Assembly (NCBI GenBank): GCA_031423955.1
Contig: JANPGJ010000305.1
Coordinates: forward strand, 467-64,466
Direction of reading: 5' to 3'
Length of the DNA: 64,000 nucleotides
From: Burkholderiales bacterium
Lineage (GTDB): Bacteria > Pseudomonadota > Gammaproteobacteria > Burkholderiales > JAEUOS01
Positions 39,467-49,486 of this stretch are shown piece after piece. A program made the translations under genes and the position numbers. Within the stretch, counting starts at the first letter, position 1. Every line of letters starts with the position of its first letter. The notes beneath the pieces were generated by a model. The model did no database searches. It had not been told where the DNA came from and worked only from the letters and a program-made list of their open reading frames with translations.

Positions 39467-39706
39467 TCAGGCCTTCTTGCGCGAAGTCACGTAATCGATC
39501 GCCTGTTGCACAGTGGTGATTTTTTCGGCCTCTTCGTCTGGAATCTCGGTCTCGAACTCGTCTTCGAGTGCCATCACCAGTTCAACCGTATCGAGGGAGT
39601 CCGCGCCGAGGTCGTCAACGAACGACGATTCGGTCTTGATTTCCGCTTCGTTGACGCCCAACTGCTCGGCGACGATTTTCTTCACGCGTTGTTCAATATT
39701 ATCCAT
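39467..39706 (-). CDS. acpP: acyl carrier protein
   Basis: [18 protein letters not shown]...[17 protein letters not shown] (phosphopantetheine Ser in DSL). ATG at 39706 with AAGGAG upstream; the track start is a TTG two codons earlier. Confidence 0.97.
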   Translation of the reverse strand: MDNIEQRVKKIVAEQLGVNEAEIKTESSFVDDLGADSLDTVELVMALEDEFETEIPDEEAEKITTVQQAIDYVTSRKKA

Positions 39707-39808
39707 GCTCAAAAACTCCTTCCAGTACGTAGAAATGAAAGCGCGCGAATTCTAGCAGCTTTACCCTTACAGCCCGAGGCAAACACAGCCCCGGCAACCA
39801 TTGCCGCG

Positions 39809-40549
39809 CTACATGTACATGCCCCCATTGACGTGAATGGTCGAGCCGGTGACGTATCCGGCGTCAGGGCCGGCAAGAAAGGCAGCTGCTCCCGCAACGT
39901 CTTCCACGCTGCCAAGTCGACCCAGCGGAATCTGCGCCATCAGGACCGCGGTCTGCGCGTCCGACAATGCATTGGTCATGTCGGTTTCGATGAATCCCGG
40001 TGCGATGCAATTGACCGTGATGTTCCGGCTGCCGATCTCGCGAGCCAGGGCCCGGCTCATGCCGGCCACCCCGGCCTTGGCAGCGGCGTAGTTGATCTGC
40101 CCCGGGTTGCCCGAGTGCCCGACGACCGAGGTGACATTGATGATCCTCCCGTACCTTGCTTTCATCATGTCACGCAACACCGCACGGCTCATGCGAAACA
40201 CGGCGTCGAGATTGGTCTGGATCACCGCTGACCAATCGTCGTCCTTCATCCGCATTGCCAATTGATCGCGCGTGATACCCGCATTGTTCACAAGGATCGT
40301 GACCGCACCGAATTCCTTCTTTATCGAGTCGAGCAGGGGCTCGATCTGCGCACTCTGGTTGACATCGAGCACACGCCCCGCGCCCGGCGCCGCAACTGCA
40401 CCCAGGGCCAGGCCAATTGCGGCGGCGCCGCCTTCGGTGGTCGCAGTCCCGATCACCGTCGCGCCCAGCGCCGCGAGGCGGGCAGCAATCGCCCGGCCGA
40501 TGCCGCGCGAAGCGCCGGTTACCAATGCAACATCGCCGGCAAGTGTCAT
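39809..40549 (-). CDS. fabG: 3-oxoacyl-ACP reductase FabG
   Basis: TGASRGIGRAIA cofactor motif and the catalytic YAAAKAG. Confidence 0.95.
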   Translation of the reverse strand: MTLAGDVALVTGASRGIGRAIAARLAALGATVIGTATTEGGAAAIGLALGAVAAPGAGRVLDVNQSAQIEPLLDSIKKEFGAVTILVNNAGITRDQLAMRMKDDDWSAVIQTNLDAVFRMSRAVLRDMMKARYGRIINVTSVVGHSGNPGQINYAAAKAGVAGMSRALAREIGSRNITVNCIAPGFIETDMTNALSDAQTAVLMAQIPLGRLGSVEDVAGAAAFLAGPDAGYVTGSTIHVNGGMYM

Positions 40550-41475
40550 GCGAGGGCCTCCAGGGTAGAGGTGAGTGACTCAACATCGGTCACCGCGAAA
40601 ACGGCCAAATCCGGTGCGATCCGCTTGATCAAACCCTGCAGCACCTTCCCAGGGCCGATCTCAATGACATGCGTTACACCTGCGGCCTGCATCGCCAGCA
40701 CCGACTCCACCCAGCGTACCGGGCTTGCGGCCTGTCTTGCCAGCGCCTCGCGGATCGCCGCAGGCTCGGTATGAGTCGCGACATCGCAATTGTGAAGCAC
40801 CGGGATCGCAGGCGAAACCAGCTCGATCCGGGCCAGACGCTCGCGCAATCTTGCCGCGGCCGGCAGCAGCAGCGACGAATGGAACGGTGCCGATACCGGC
40901 AGCGGCAGTGCGCGTTTGGCACCCCTTGCCTTGGCAACGATGCAGGCCCGTTCAACTGCCGGCTTGAGACCGGCAATCACGACTTGCGAAGGGTCATTGA
41001 AATTGACCGCTTCAACAACCTCGCCCTCTGCCGCCTCGGCGCATACCGACCGGACAGAATCCGCATCAAGACCCATGATGACCGCCATGCCGCCGGTCCC
41101 GATCGGTACCGCTTCCTGCATCACCTGAGCCCGGAAACGCACCAGCGGGACGGCGTCGGAAAATTTCAATGCGCCGGCCGCAACAAGTGCGGTGTACTCG
41201 CCAAGCGAATGGCCGGCCATCAGTTCTGCCGACGGCCCGCCCGCGACCTGCCACGCCCGGTACATTGCATAGGCTGAAGCGAGCATCACCGGCTGCGTAT
41301 TGATGGTGGCATTGAGTTGCTCAGGCGGACCGTCTTCGATCATTTTCCACAGGTCGACACCGAGCGCGGCAGACGCGTCCGCGATGGTGTCGCGAACCAC
41401 AGGCGACGCCGCAAATCCCTGCATCATGCCCTGCTTTTGCGAGCCCTGGCCCGGAAATACGATGGCTATCTTCAT
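40546..41475 (-). CDS. fabD: malonyl CoA-ACP transacylase
   Basis: FPGQGSQ and the active-site GHSLGEY. Confidence 0.95.
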   Translation of the reverse strand: MKIAIVFPGQGSQKQGMMQGFAASPVVRDTIADASAALGVDLWKMIEDGPPEQLNATINTQPVMLASAYAMYRAWQVAGGPSAELMAGHSLGEYTALVAAGALKFSDAVPLVRFRAQVMQEAVPIGTGGMAVIMGLDADSVRSVCAEAAEGEVVEAVNFNDPSQVVIAGLKPAVERACIVAKARGAKRALPLPVSAPFHSSLLLPAAARLRERLARIELVSPAIPVLHNCDVATHTEPAAIREALARQAASPVRWVESVLAMQAAGVTHVIEIGPGKVLQGLIKRIAPDLAVFAVTDVESLTSTLEALA

Positions 41476-42437
41476 TACATCTCCAACAGGATTGCACCCC
41501 AGGTGAAGCCGCCGCCGACACCCTCAAGTAGAACGCGCTGTCCGCGCTTGATGCGGTCTGCACGTACCATCGCGTCAAGGGCGAGCGGCACCGACGCGGC
41601 AGAGGTGTTGCCGTGCCGGTCAAGCGTGACCACCAGCTTTTCGGCAGGGATGCCCAGCTTGCGCGCGGTGGCATTGAGTATCCGCAGATTGGCCTGGTGG
41701 GGAATCAACCAATCAAGGTCGGCAGCAGACAGCCCCGCCTTGGTCATGACTTCGCGCGCCACTTCGTCAAGTACACGAACCGCGAATTTGAAAACAGCCT
41801 GCCCGTCCATTCGCAGGAACGGATCGCCGGTCACCGCGCCGCCGGCAATGCTGCCTGGAACACTGAGGATACCCGCATGCGAACCGTCAGCATGCAGGCA
41901 CGACGCCAGAAGGCCCGGCACCTCCGACGCTGCCAGCACCACAGCACCGGCACCGTCGCCGAACAGGACGCAGGTACCCCGATCACTCCAGTCCAGAATG
42001 CTCGAGAAAACTTCGGCGCCAACTACGAGCGCACACCGCGCCTGGCCGGCGCGGATGTACAGATCGGCCGTCGCCAGCGCATAAATGAATCCGCTGCATA
42101 CGGCCTGAACGTCAAACGCCGGACAGCCACTGATTCCAAGTCGCGCCTGCAACAGGCAGGCCGTGCTTGGAAAAATGAAATCCGGGGTCGAGGTCGCGAC
42201 GATGATCAAGTCGATATCGTCCGGGCCGGCACCTGCCGTCAGCATTGCGGCACGAGCAGCCGGTTCGGCCAGCGCGCTGCTGGTGGTCCCCGGGTCGGCC
42301 AGGTGGCGCGCACGAATGCCTGTACGTTCGCTGATCCACGCGTCGGACGTGTCGATGCCGCGCGCGGCCAGCGCATCATTTGAAACAGGCTCGCCGGGAA
42401 GGTATGCGCCGGTGCCTGCAACGCGTGAAAATACCAT
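41475..42437 (-). CDS. fabH: beta-ketoacyl-ACP synthase III
   Basis: Active-site Cys in VQAVCSGF, then HQANLRI and GGGFTWGA. Confidence 0.95.
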   Translation of the reverse strand: MVFSRVAGTGAYLPGEPVSNDALAARGIDTSDAWISERTGIRARHLADPGTTSSALAEPAARAAMLTAGAGPDDIDLIIVATSTPDFIFPSTACLLQARLGISGCPAFDVQAVCSGFIYALATADLYIRAGQARCALVVGAEVFSSILDWSDRGTCVLFGDGAGAVVLAASEVPGLLASCLHADGSHAGILSVPGSIAGGAVTGDPFLRMDGQAVFKFAVRVLDEVAREVMTKAGLSAADLDWLIPHQANLRILNATARKLGIPAEKLVVTLDRHGNTSAASVPLALDAMVRADRIKRGQRVLLEGVGGGFTWGAILLEM

Positions 42438-42455
42438 TGCGCGGACCTTTGAACG

Positions 42456-43514
42456 TCAGGCGACCGCACGCGTTACGACTTGGGCATCGGCGTGCCGGGC
42501 GATGCGGCCGGCGATACCGGCCACCACATCGGTCGCGACGGCGTCATACGCGCGATCCAGCGCTCGGCCGAATCCGTAGGCGTCGGCCGAGCCGTGGCTC
42601 TTCACTACCAGTCCGTTGAGTCCGAGCAGACAAGCACCGTTGTAACGACGATGATCGTAGCGCCGGCGAAAAGCATTGATTGCCGGCAGTGCGAACAATG
42701 CGCCCAGTTTGGTGAAGATATTGCGTTCGAACTCGCCCTTGAGCGAACGTCCGAGCATTTGCGCCAAGCCTTCCGAGGTCTTGAGCGCCACATTGCCGAC
42801 GAAACCGTCGCACACGACCACATCGACAGTACCCTTGAAAATATCATTGCCTTCGACATTGCCAAAAAAACTGATTTCACCATTCGCGTGGGCCACACGA
42901 AGCAACTCGCCAGCCTCCTTGACCGTGTCGCTGCCCTTTATCTCCTCTTCGCCAATATTGAGCAGGCCGACGACTGGCGTTGGCTTGTGTTCAATCGACG
43001 TCACCAACGCGGAACCCATGAGGGCGAATTGGTAGAGATGCTGTGGTTTGCAGTCGACATTTGCGCCGAGGTCAAGCATGTAAGTCGCCGCGCCGCGCTG
43101 GTTGGGCAATGGCGCACAAATCGCGGGCCGATCGATTCCCGGCAGGGTGCGCAGGATAAACGAGGAAATCGCCATCCAGGCGCCGGTATTTCCAGCCGAG
43201 ACCGCAACGTTTGCCTGGCCCTGCTTGACCAAGCTAACCGCAACATGCATGGATGAATCGCGCTTTCGGCGCAGCGCCTGGGTAGGCGGGTCATCCATGG
43301 TGACCACTTCAGAGGCTGCCTGAAGACAACAGCGTGCGCCCAGTGCCTGCGGATCACGGCCCAGGCGCGCCAAGGTTTCTCCCATGGGCGTCGGTTGCCC
43401 GACCAGGATCACCCTGGCCTGCGGGTGCCGTTCCAGAAATTCGAACGCTGCCGAAATCGTGACGGCAGGACCGTGATCTCCTCCCATCGCATCGATGGCA
43501 ACGACTATTTCCAT
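42456..43514 (-). CDS. plsX: phosphate acyltransferase PlsX
   Basis: [17 protein letters not shown]-terminus and the conserved position between rpmF and fabH. Confidence 0.95.
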   Translation of the reverse strand: MEIVVAIDAMGGDHGPAVTISAAFEFLERHPQARVILVGQPTPMGETLARLGRDPQALGARCCLQAASEVVTMDDPPTQALRRKRDSSMHVAVSLVKQGQANVAVSAGNTGAWMAISSFILRTLPGIDRPAICAPLPNQRGAATYMLDLGANVDCKPQHLYQFALMGSALVTSIEHKPTPVVGLLNIGEEEIKGSDTVKEAGELLRVAHANGEISFFGNVEGNDIFKGTVDVVVCDGFVGNVALKTSEGLAQMLGRSLKGEFERNIFTKLGALFALPAINAFRRRYDHRRYNGACLLGLNGLVVKSHGSADAYGFGRALDRAYDAVATDVVAGIAGRIARHADAQVVTRAVA

Positions 43515-43533
43515 CCGTACGCCGCAAAAGAAG

Positions 43534-43558
43534 GAGCGGAAATCTTTCTATTCCGCTC
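43534..43558 (-). other. stem-loop between rpmF and plsX (possible partial terminator or processing site)
   Basis: 8-bp stem GAGCGGAA (43534-43541) / TTCCGCTC (43551-43558) with a 9-nt loop. On the minus strand it is followed by CTTCTTTTGCGG, 20 nt before the plsX ATG. Confidence 0.3.
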
Positions 43559-43686
43559 TCTGGTTGTAACCGCAGCGCGCGCAGCCATCATTGGTCAATG
43601 CCACTTCGCCCGTCGCGACACGGCCGGCGCCATGCAGCTGCCATCACCGGCAACGAGAAACCTGCGCAATCGTCCGGCACACGCTC

Positions 43687-43866
43687 TTACTCGCCTTTTG
43701 TCTTGAGCACTTTGCGGCCGCGATAGTAGCCATTCGGGCTGACATGGTGACGCAGATGTACTTCACCGGTTGTCGGCTCGACTGCCAGCGGCGGGCTGGT
43801 CAGAAAATCATGGGCGCGATGCATGCCACGCTTGGATGGTGATTTCTTGTTCTGCTGAACTGCCAT
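43687..43866 (-). CDS. rpmF: 50S ribosomal protein L32
   Basis: 59 codons, so below the track cutoff: [65 protein letters not shown] lies 7 nt upstream of ATG 43866; stop TAA at 43689..43687. Confidence 0.93.
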   Translation of the reverse strand: MAVQQNKKSPSKRGMHRAHDFLTSPPLAVEPTTGEVHLRHHVSPNGYYRGRKVLKTKGE

Positions 43867-43936
43867 GTTGAACTCCTTGTCGCTTGAAAAAACCGGAAAC
43901 TATTAGCAAAAATCCTGTGAACCCGCCAACGCCCGC

Positions 43937-44443
43937 CTACCTTCTCTTGAAGCTTGCCAGTGCCGCGAACGGCAACACTTTTTCGCCGACCTCGGAATTG
44001 GCTGGCGGCTCGCACGCCGCATGCATCGGCGCAAACGGCAGCGCCAGCAACAATTCATCTTCCAGCAAATGCAGCATGTCGAACCGCTCGGAATGCAATA
44101 CCGCATCCCACTGATCATCATCGTCGGTGTCCAGCGCCGATTCCGTCTCGACAAGTTCGAACCGCACGCGCGGCGCCAACCTGACCGACACCGGGAGCAT
44201 GCATCGCTGGCACTGCACCTGAACTGCGCCGTCCAGGCGCACCCGCATGCCGGGCAATCCGCGCGGCGAGCGCACGGTTTCGACATGCACCTCGACAGGC
44301 GGAAATGCAGCTGCGACCTCTTCCGCAAGTCGCTCAAGCAGCGTGGCAGGCAACACCGCATCGATGACTTCGTGGCGCACAACGAATTGCCGCGAATCAA
44401 GGACCCAGTCTTCTGCCTGAGACCTCGAAACCTGATTTTCCAC
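43937..44443 (-). CDS. yceD: YceD family (DUF177) protein
   Basis: 168 aa, acidic, with CQRC ... and a C-terminal region typical of DUF177. It holds the invariant position upstream of rpmF-plsX. GTG start at 44443. Confidence 0.85.
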   Translation of the reverse strand: MENQVSRSQAEDWVLDSRQFVVRHEVIDAVLPATLLERLAEEVAAAFPPVEVHVETVRSPRGLPGMRVRLDGAVQVQCQRCMLPVSVRLAPRVRFELVETESALDTDDDDQWDAVLHSERFDMLHLLEDELLLALPFAPMHAACEPPANSEVGEKVLPFAALASFKRR

Positions 44444-44880
44444 GCCAACCTTCTTTACAGAAAACCCGCAAAAAGCAAATTGACCAATTTGGAACGAACT
44501 TTTCGATTATAGCCCGAATAGCCTTTAAGGTCAAAAGCTTAGGCATGCAAACGTCACGTTGGCAGACGCCCGTCGCGCTTTCGGGAATTTTGAAAGACCG
44601 GCATCCCTGCGGGCTTTCGCCAAACGCCCGAATTTCCGGTGAATTGCAATCGCGTGCACCGAGGGGATGATCGAGGCGGCGCAGAAGACTGGGTAGAATT
44701 GTGTGCAGAAATGCGCGATGCGGCCTCCCCGGGCGGCGTCGCGATTTGGTCAGTGCCACCCTCTCATTTTGCTCTCAGGCAAACCAATTCCGGCGTCCCT
44801 ACTCGCACTTGCCGGCAAGTGCGGGCATGAAGTAGCAACTCGAACCATACGCGTCCACGGGCGCAAACCGGACGATTTCC

Positions 44881-45468
44881 ATGCCCTCCCTGATTCTTGC
44901 TTCAACGTCACCCTATCGTGCCGAACTGCTGCGCCGCCTGCAGCTGAAATTCGATGTGCGTGCGCCAGAAGTCGACGAAACGCCGCAGCCCGGTGAATCA
45001 CCGCCAGACCTGGCGCTCCGTTTGGCCCTGGCCAAGGCGAAAGCAGTCGCCGATAAGGTTGGCAGCGGATTGGTCATCGGATCGGACCAGGTCGCCCATT
45101 GCGATGGCCGATTGCTTGGCAAACCGGGCGGACACGACGCAGCAATCGCCCAATTGCGACTCATGCGCGGCAGGAGGACGACGTTCGATACCGCACTTGC
45201 GCTGGTCAATGCGACTACCGGACATGCGCAAACTGCCCTGGTGTCGACCGTGGTCACGTTGCGCCAGGCAAGCGACGCTGAAATCGAAGCCTATGTCAGC
45301 ATTGAACGACCCTTTGATTGCGCTGGCTCCGCGAAGTCCGAAGGCCTGGGCATCGCGCTGATGGAGAGCATTGAAGGTGGCGATCCGACTGCGCTGGTCG
45401 GGCTCCCGCTGATCGCTCTCACACGCATGCTGCGCGCCGAAAACGTGCAACTGTTCGCCGCCACATGA
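44881..45468 (+). CDS. maf: Maf-like nucleoside triphosphate pyrophosphatase
   Basis: LILASTSPYRAELLRRL N-terminus, LVIGSDQV, and GKPG...A. 195 aa. Confidence 0.9.
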   Translation: MPSLILASTSPYRAELLRRLQLKFDVRAPEVDETPQPGESPPDLALRLALAKAKAVADKVGSGLVIGSDQVAHCDGRLLGKPGGHDAAIAQLRLMRGRRTTFDTALALVNATTGHAQTALVSTVVTLRQASDAEIEAYVSIERPFDCAGSAKSEGLGIALMESIEGGDPTALVGLPLIALTRMLRAENVQLFAAT

Positions 45469-46214
45469 GGCGCGGCACCTTGTTTCTGGTGCCAACCGCG
45501 ATTGGCGACATTAAAAGCGCCGACGCAGGAGGCCTCGGCCATGCGGCGCTGGTGTCGGCAACATTGCCTCCCGCAACCCTGGGGATCGTTCGAACCCTCA
45601 CCTCGTTCGCAGTGGAAAACGCAAAGTCGGCGCGCGCCTTTCTCAAGGCGGCCGGCATCCAGACGCCCATCCAAAGTGTGTCCATCACTGAAATTGGACA
45701 CGCGCCAGAATCTTCAATTCTTGTGCCCTTGATTGCCGAAATGGATGGCGGTCGCGATATCGGCCTGCTGTCGGAATCCGGTTGCCCCGCTGTCGCCGAC
45801 CCCGGTGCCCAATTGGTGCGTCTGGCTCACGAAGCCGAACTCAAGGTAGTGCCCCTGATCGGTCCTTCCGCGCTGCTGCTTGCCGTGATGGCGTCCGGTC
45901 TGGACGGCCAGCGCTTCGCTTTCAACGGCTATCTTCCGGTCAGGGATCCTGATCGCGCCCGCGCGATACTCGCTTGCGAGGCACGCTCGCGCACTGCGCG
46001 CGAAACCCAACTGGTGATCGAAACGCCATTCCGCGGCGTTGCCTTGTTCGAAGCATTGAAGGCCAGCCTCCACCCTCGGACGCGCCTCGCACTGGCGATC
46101 GATCTCACTCTGCCTGGCGAAACGATCGTCATGAAAACCATTGGCGAATGGCGTCGTGGCGCCGCACCAGTGCTCGATAAACGGCAGGCTGTGTTTCTGT
46201 TTCTTGCCGGCTAA
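45465..46214 (+). CDS. SAM-dependent methyltransferase of the tetrapyrrole-methylase / RsmI-like superfamily
   Basis: GTLFLVPTAIGD N-terminus, LLSESGCPAVADPG and IGPSALLLAVMASGL resemble the RsmI fold. Its ATG overlaps the maf stop (ATGA at 45465-45468). Confidence 0.7.
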   Translation: MRRGTLFLVPTAIGDIKSADAGGLGHAALVSATLPPATLGIVRTLTSFAVENAKSARAFLKAAGIQTPIQSVSITEIGHAPESSILVPLIAEMDGGRDIGLLSESGCPAVADPGAQLVRLAHEAELKVVPLIGPSALLLAVMASGLDGQRFAFNGYLPVRDPDRARAILACEARSRTARETQLVIETPFRGVALFEALKASLHPRTRLALAIDLTLPGETIVMKTIGEWRRGAAPVLDKRQAVFLFLAG

Positions 46215-46234
46215 GCGTCGACACCTGCCGCAGT

Positions 46235-47503
46235 TCAGCCGGCCCGATAACTCTGATAGGCCGCGTCAATGCCGGCGCCGCGGCGCAACTTGTGCCCCTC
46301 GGCGGCCAGTACGGTCTCCAGTGCTGCGAGAGTCAGCAGCACTGTATCGCGACGTGCGTTGTAGCCCATCGCGCCGATGCGCCAGATCTTGCCATGCAGT
46401 TGCCCGAACGACGTACCGATTTCAATATTGAAATCATTGAGCAGGGCCAGACGCGCTCGGTCGCCATTTACGCCATCGGGAATCCATACCCCGGTGACAT
46501 TCGGCATCTTGTGCGCAACATCGCCAAAAACCTTCAGGCCCATCGCCTCAATGCCCGCAACCATTGCCTTTGAAGCATCCGCGTGCCGCTTGAATACCGC
46601 CGCATGGCCTTCCTTGACGAAAATGCGACCGCACTCCCGCGCACCGTAGAGCATGGTTGTCGCTTCGGTATGGTGATTGAGCGCCACATCGCTCCAGTAA
46701 TCCATCACCATCGCAAGGTCGAAGTAGTTGCTCCCAATCATCGGTCCGGCGCCCGGCACGTATCCGTTCGGACGCACGCCTTCCTCGATATGACGACGCC
46801 GGTAGATCACTCTCGCAAACGCATCATTCACGGTCACCGGGGACGCCCCCGACGGCCCGGCAAGGCATTTCTGCAACCCACCGGTCACACAGTCAATTTC
46901 CCACGCGTCGACCGGCAATGGCGTGCCACCGATAGTTGCAGTCGCGTCGACTTGCAACAGGGCTCCGTAGCGGTGACAAATGCGCCCGATCTCCTCCAGC
47001 GGTTGGCACATGGTGGTCGAAGTATCACCTTGACAGACGGCAACCAGTTTGGGGGAAAAACCCTTGATCGCCGCCTCGATGGCTTCCGGTGCGAATACTG
47101 TTCCCCATTCGCATTCGAGTACCCTGACCTCGGCGCCCACGCGCCGCGCGATTTCGGTCTTCAGTTGGCCAAACCGTCCGAACGAGCAGATCAAAACCCG
47201 ATCCCCAGGTTCGATGAACGACACCATCGCAGTCTCAATGGCGCTACGCGCCGTCCCGTCAACAATGAAGGTCCAGTCATTGCGGGTTTCGAACACCTGG
47301 CGATACAGTGCCATGGTCTCGCGCATCATCTGGCGAAACTGCGGGTCGAACTGACCAAGCAATTGCGACGACATCGCGCGCAAGACGCGTGGGTCGGCGT
47401 TGATCGGACCGGGACCCATCAACAGGCGTGGGAGCGGGTTGAGATCTTCGAGGCTGGACGCGGTATCTGTCAGGGGTGACAGGGGCGGAAGTTGAATGCT
47501 CAT
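46235..47503 (-). CDS. class V aminotransferase (alanine/serine--glyoxylate aminotransferase family)
   Basis: LLMGPGPINADPRVL N-terminal block and PLP-lysine context TGGLQKCLAGPSG. I chose ATG 47503; a GTG at 47524 is an alternative. No convincing SD precedes either. Confidence 0.85.
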   Translation of the reverse strand: MSIQLPPLSPLTDTASSLEDLNPLPRLLMGPGPINADPRVLRAMSSQLLGQFDPQFRQMMRETMALYRQVFETRNDWTFIVDGTARSAIETAMVSFIEPGDRVLICSFGRFGQLKTEIARRVGAEVRVLECEWGTVFAPEAIEAAIKGFSPKLVAVCQGDTSTTMCQPLEEIGRICHRYGALLQVDATATIGGTPLPVDAWEIDCVTGGLQKCLAGPSGASPVTVNDAFARVIYRRRHIEEGVRPNGYVPGAGPMIGSNYFDLAMVMDYWSDVALNHHTEATTMLYGARECGRIFVKEGHAAVFKRHADASKAMVAGIEAMGLKVFGDVAHKMPNVTGVWIPDGVNGDRARLALLNDFNIEIGTSFGQLHGKIWRIGAMGYNARRDTVLLTLAALETVLAAEGHKLRRGAGIDAAYQSYRAG

Positions 47504-47514
47504 CGTCGGCAATT

Positions 47515-47546
47515 TTGTATACACGTGAATGGCTTTGAGTATACAA
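47515..47546. promoter_or_regulatory. perfect inverted repeat TTGTATAC-N16-GTATACAA, candidate operator
   Basis: Arms at 47515-47522 and 47539-47546, AT-rich in a GC-rich context. It lies 12 nt upstream of the aminotransferase ATG, in the 96-nt gap after the preceding gene. Confidence 0.35.
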
Positions 47547-47599
47547 GACGCGTACTCGCCGACCGTTCCAGGCTGACAAGAGCTGCGAAGTGTCGCCGC

Positions 47600-48586
47600 T
47601 CAGTGCGGACTTGCGGCGTCGCCCAGCACCGGAATGGCGATTTTCCGCGGCGGCGCAGCCAGACTCTGGGCGACCAGTTCACCCAGATCAAAGCCAAATT
47701 GGTTGCCTTCGGAGAGCATGCGGGCCCGCGCCACGAACTGCGACGCATCGATGTTGATCGGTCGAGGTGTCGCCAGCAAGACATGGTTGACGGATTGTCC
47801 GGCCTCGAGAACACGCAAGTCGGCAAACACCTCCTGATAGGTGCGCACCATGCTGTCATAGTGGCGGTTGTAAAGCCGGCTCCAGAGATTGCTCACCACC
47901 ACCCCATCGGGCGCCAGCGCCCGCCGTACCGCCTGCAGAAATTCAACCGTCGCCAGATGCATCGGCACCTCGGCGCTGCTGAACGCGTCAAGGATGATCA
48001 CGTCATAGCGAGCCTGCGGCGCCTGCTCGATGAAGTGGCGACCATCGGCAACGTGAGCCTTCATCCGCGGATCTTCCGAGAATCCGAAGAAATGCCTCGC
48101 CACCTCCACGACTGCCGGATCGATCTCGACAACGTCGATGTACGTCAGTGGAAAATGGCGATGCACAAACATCGGCATTGATCCGCCGCCGAGGCCGACC
48201 ACCAGCACGCGGCGCGGCATGCACTTGACGCCCGTTGCCTGGCCTGCGCAAGCCAGCGCGAAGCCCGCCTGCGCAAGGCGGGCATAGCCAAATTGAAGGT
48301 GATCGGGGTCTCCCACCTTGATAGTGCTTTGGGTGATGCCGTTGCGACCGAAACGCAATGAACGCAGCCCATCGCCGTCGTCGGTAACCACGAGTTGGCC
48401 GAACAACGCCGGCCGTTCGTGAAGCACGTTGCGTTCGAAGCCGCCGCAACCGACCAGCGTCGTGATTACCAGCATGCCCAGGAAAGCGGCGAATTGACGG
48501 CGGCCAAACAGGGTTGCCGTCGCGTCGTGGCACCACCGGAAACCCGAAGTCAGCATGCGCTCGCCGCGAACTGGCCCCCGCGGCAA
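47600..48586 (-). CDS. spermidine-synthase-like (class I SAM-fold) protein with an N-terminal membrane/lipoprotein-like anchor
   Basis: VLVVGLGGGSM (the GxGxG position of the fold), EIDPAVVEVARHFF, and DVIILDAFSS. The N-terminus FAAFLGMLVITTLVGC looks like a signal or lipobox. Start uncertain (48586 or ATG 48556). Confidence 0.65.
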   Translation of the reverse strand: MPRGPVRGERMLTSGFRWCHDATATLFGRRQFAAFLGMLVITTLVGCGGFERNVLHERPALFGQLVVTDDGDGLRSLRFGRNGITQSTIKVGDPDHLQFGYARLAQAGFALACAGQATGVKCMPRRVLVVGLGGGSMPMFVHRHFPLTYIDVVEIDPAVVEVARHFFGFSEDPRMKAHVADGRHFIEQAPQARYDVIILDAFSSAEVPMHLATVEFLQAVRRALAPDGVVVSNLWSRLYNRHYDSMVRTYQEVFADLRVLEAGQSVNHVLLATPRPINIDASQFVARARMLSEGNQFGFDLGELVAQSLAAPPRKIAIPVLGDAASPH

Positions 48587-48610
48587 ACCCCTCCTGCCGC
48601 AGACCGCGTC

Positions 48611-49486
48611 CTACGCACCCGGTCGTTGCCCGAGATACCAGTCAAGAATCCGGGCACCGTCCCATACGAGGACACCTTTTCTGGAAATAATCGCCTCGAG
48701 CGCGCGCCGGACATGACCGATACGATGCGGCACGCCGGACAGATAAGGGTGGAATGCGATGGCCATGACTTTCGGCTGATCCGCGCTTTCCTCGTACAGA
48801 CAATTGAAATGATCCATCGCCCGCGAGTAAAGCACTTCCGACGGATGGTGCTGCAGCGCCATCATCACAATGTCGTGAATTTCAAAGTTGTAGGGCAAGG
48901 CGACAACTGGCTTGCTGGTGGTGCGCAAGGTGACAGGTTCATCGTCCAGCACCCAGTCGCCGATGTACTCGATACCTGCTGCCGCCAGATGATCGATCGT
49001 TTCATGGGTCTGGGTCAGACCGGGGCCGAACCAGCCACGCGGCCGACGGCCCGAAAAACGCGTGATGATGTCGATCGACTTGCGGATGACCTCTTCCTGA
49101 TTGTCGACCTTGTGCATCGGCATCTGGTCGTAGCTGTGGGCATTGAGTTCCCACCGGCTTGCCAGGCAGGCTTCAATCACCTTCGGATAGGTCTCGCAAA
49201 CTTTGGCGTTGAGCGTGACGGTAGGTGCGATGCCAAGCTGCTCGAAGAGCTTCCGCAGCCGCCAGAACCCGACCCGCATGCCGTATTCGTGCCAGGTCCA
49301 GTTGGGCGCATCAGGCAGCATCGGCTGCCCTTGGGGCGGCGATATCACCATGCGTGCCATCGGCCTGGCGATATCCCATTCTTCCAACGCAAGAACCGGC
49401 CACAGGATCATGCGTGCGTCATCCGGAAGCTTGAGCGGGGCACGTTCCGTGATCGGTGAATATTCCAACCGGTCCCTGGGCAGCAT
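48611..49486 (-). CDS. polysaccharide deacetylase (carbohydrate esterase 4) fold protein, PuuE/allantoinase-like subgroup
   Basis: ATG at 49486 with AGGAGG 7 nt upstream. Blocks NWTWHEYGMRVGFWRL, WELNAHSYDQ and AFHPYLSGVPHR resemble the PuuE-type deacetylase-fold hydrolases. Substrate unknown. Confidence 0.65.
   Translation of the reverse strand: MLPRDRLEYSPITERAPLKLPDDARMILWPVLALEEWDIARPMARMVISPPQGQPMLPDAPNWTWHEYGMRVGFWRLRKLFEQLGIAPTVTLNAKVCETYPKVIEACLASRWELNAHSYDQMPMHKVDNQEEVIRKSIDIITRFSGRRPRGWFGPGLTQTHETIDHLAAAGIEYIGDWVLDDEPVTLRTTSKPVVALPYNFEIHDIVMMALQHHPSEVLYSRAMDHFNCLYEESADQPKVMAIAFHPYLSGVPHRIGHVRRALEAIISRKGVLVWDGARILDWYLGQRPGA

Noticed and set aside
44397-44759. 120-aa minus-strand ORF and other short ORFs in the yceD-maf gap.
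   Set aside because: The translations are Arg/Cys-rich, the ORFs overlap each other, and there is no SD or motif. I treat the gap as non-coding.
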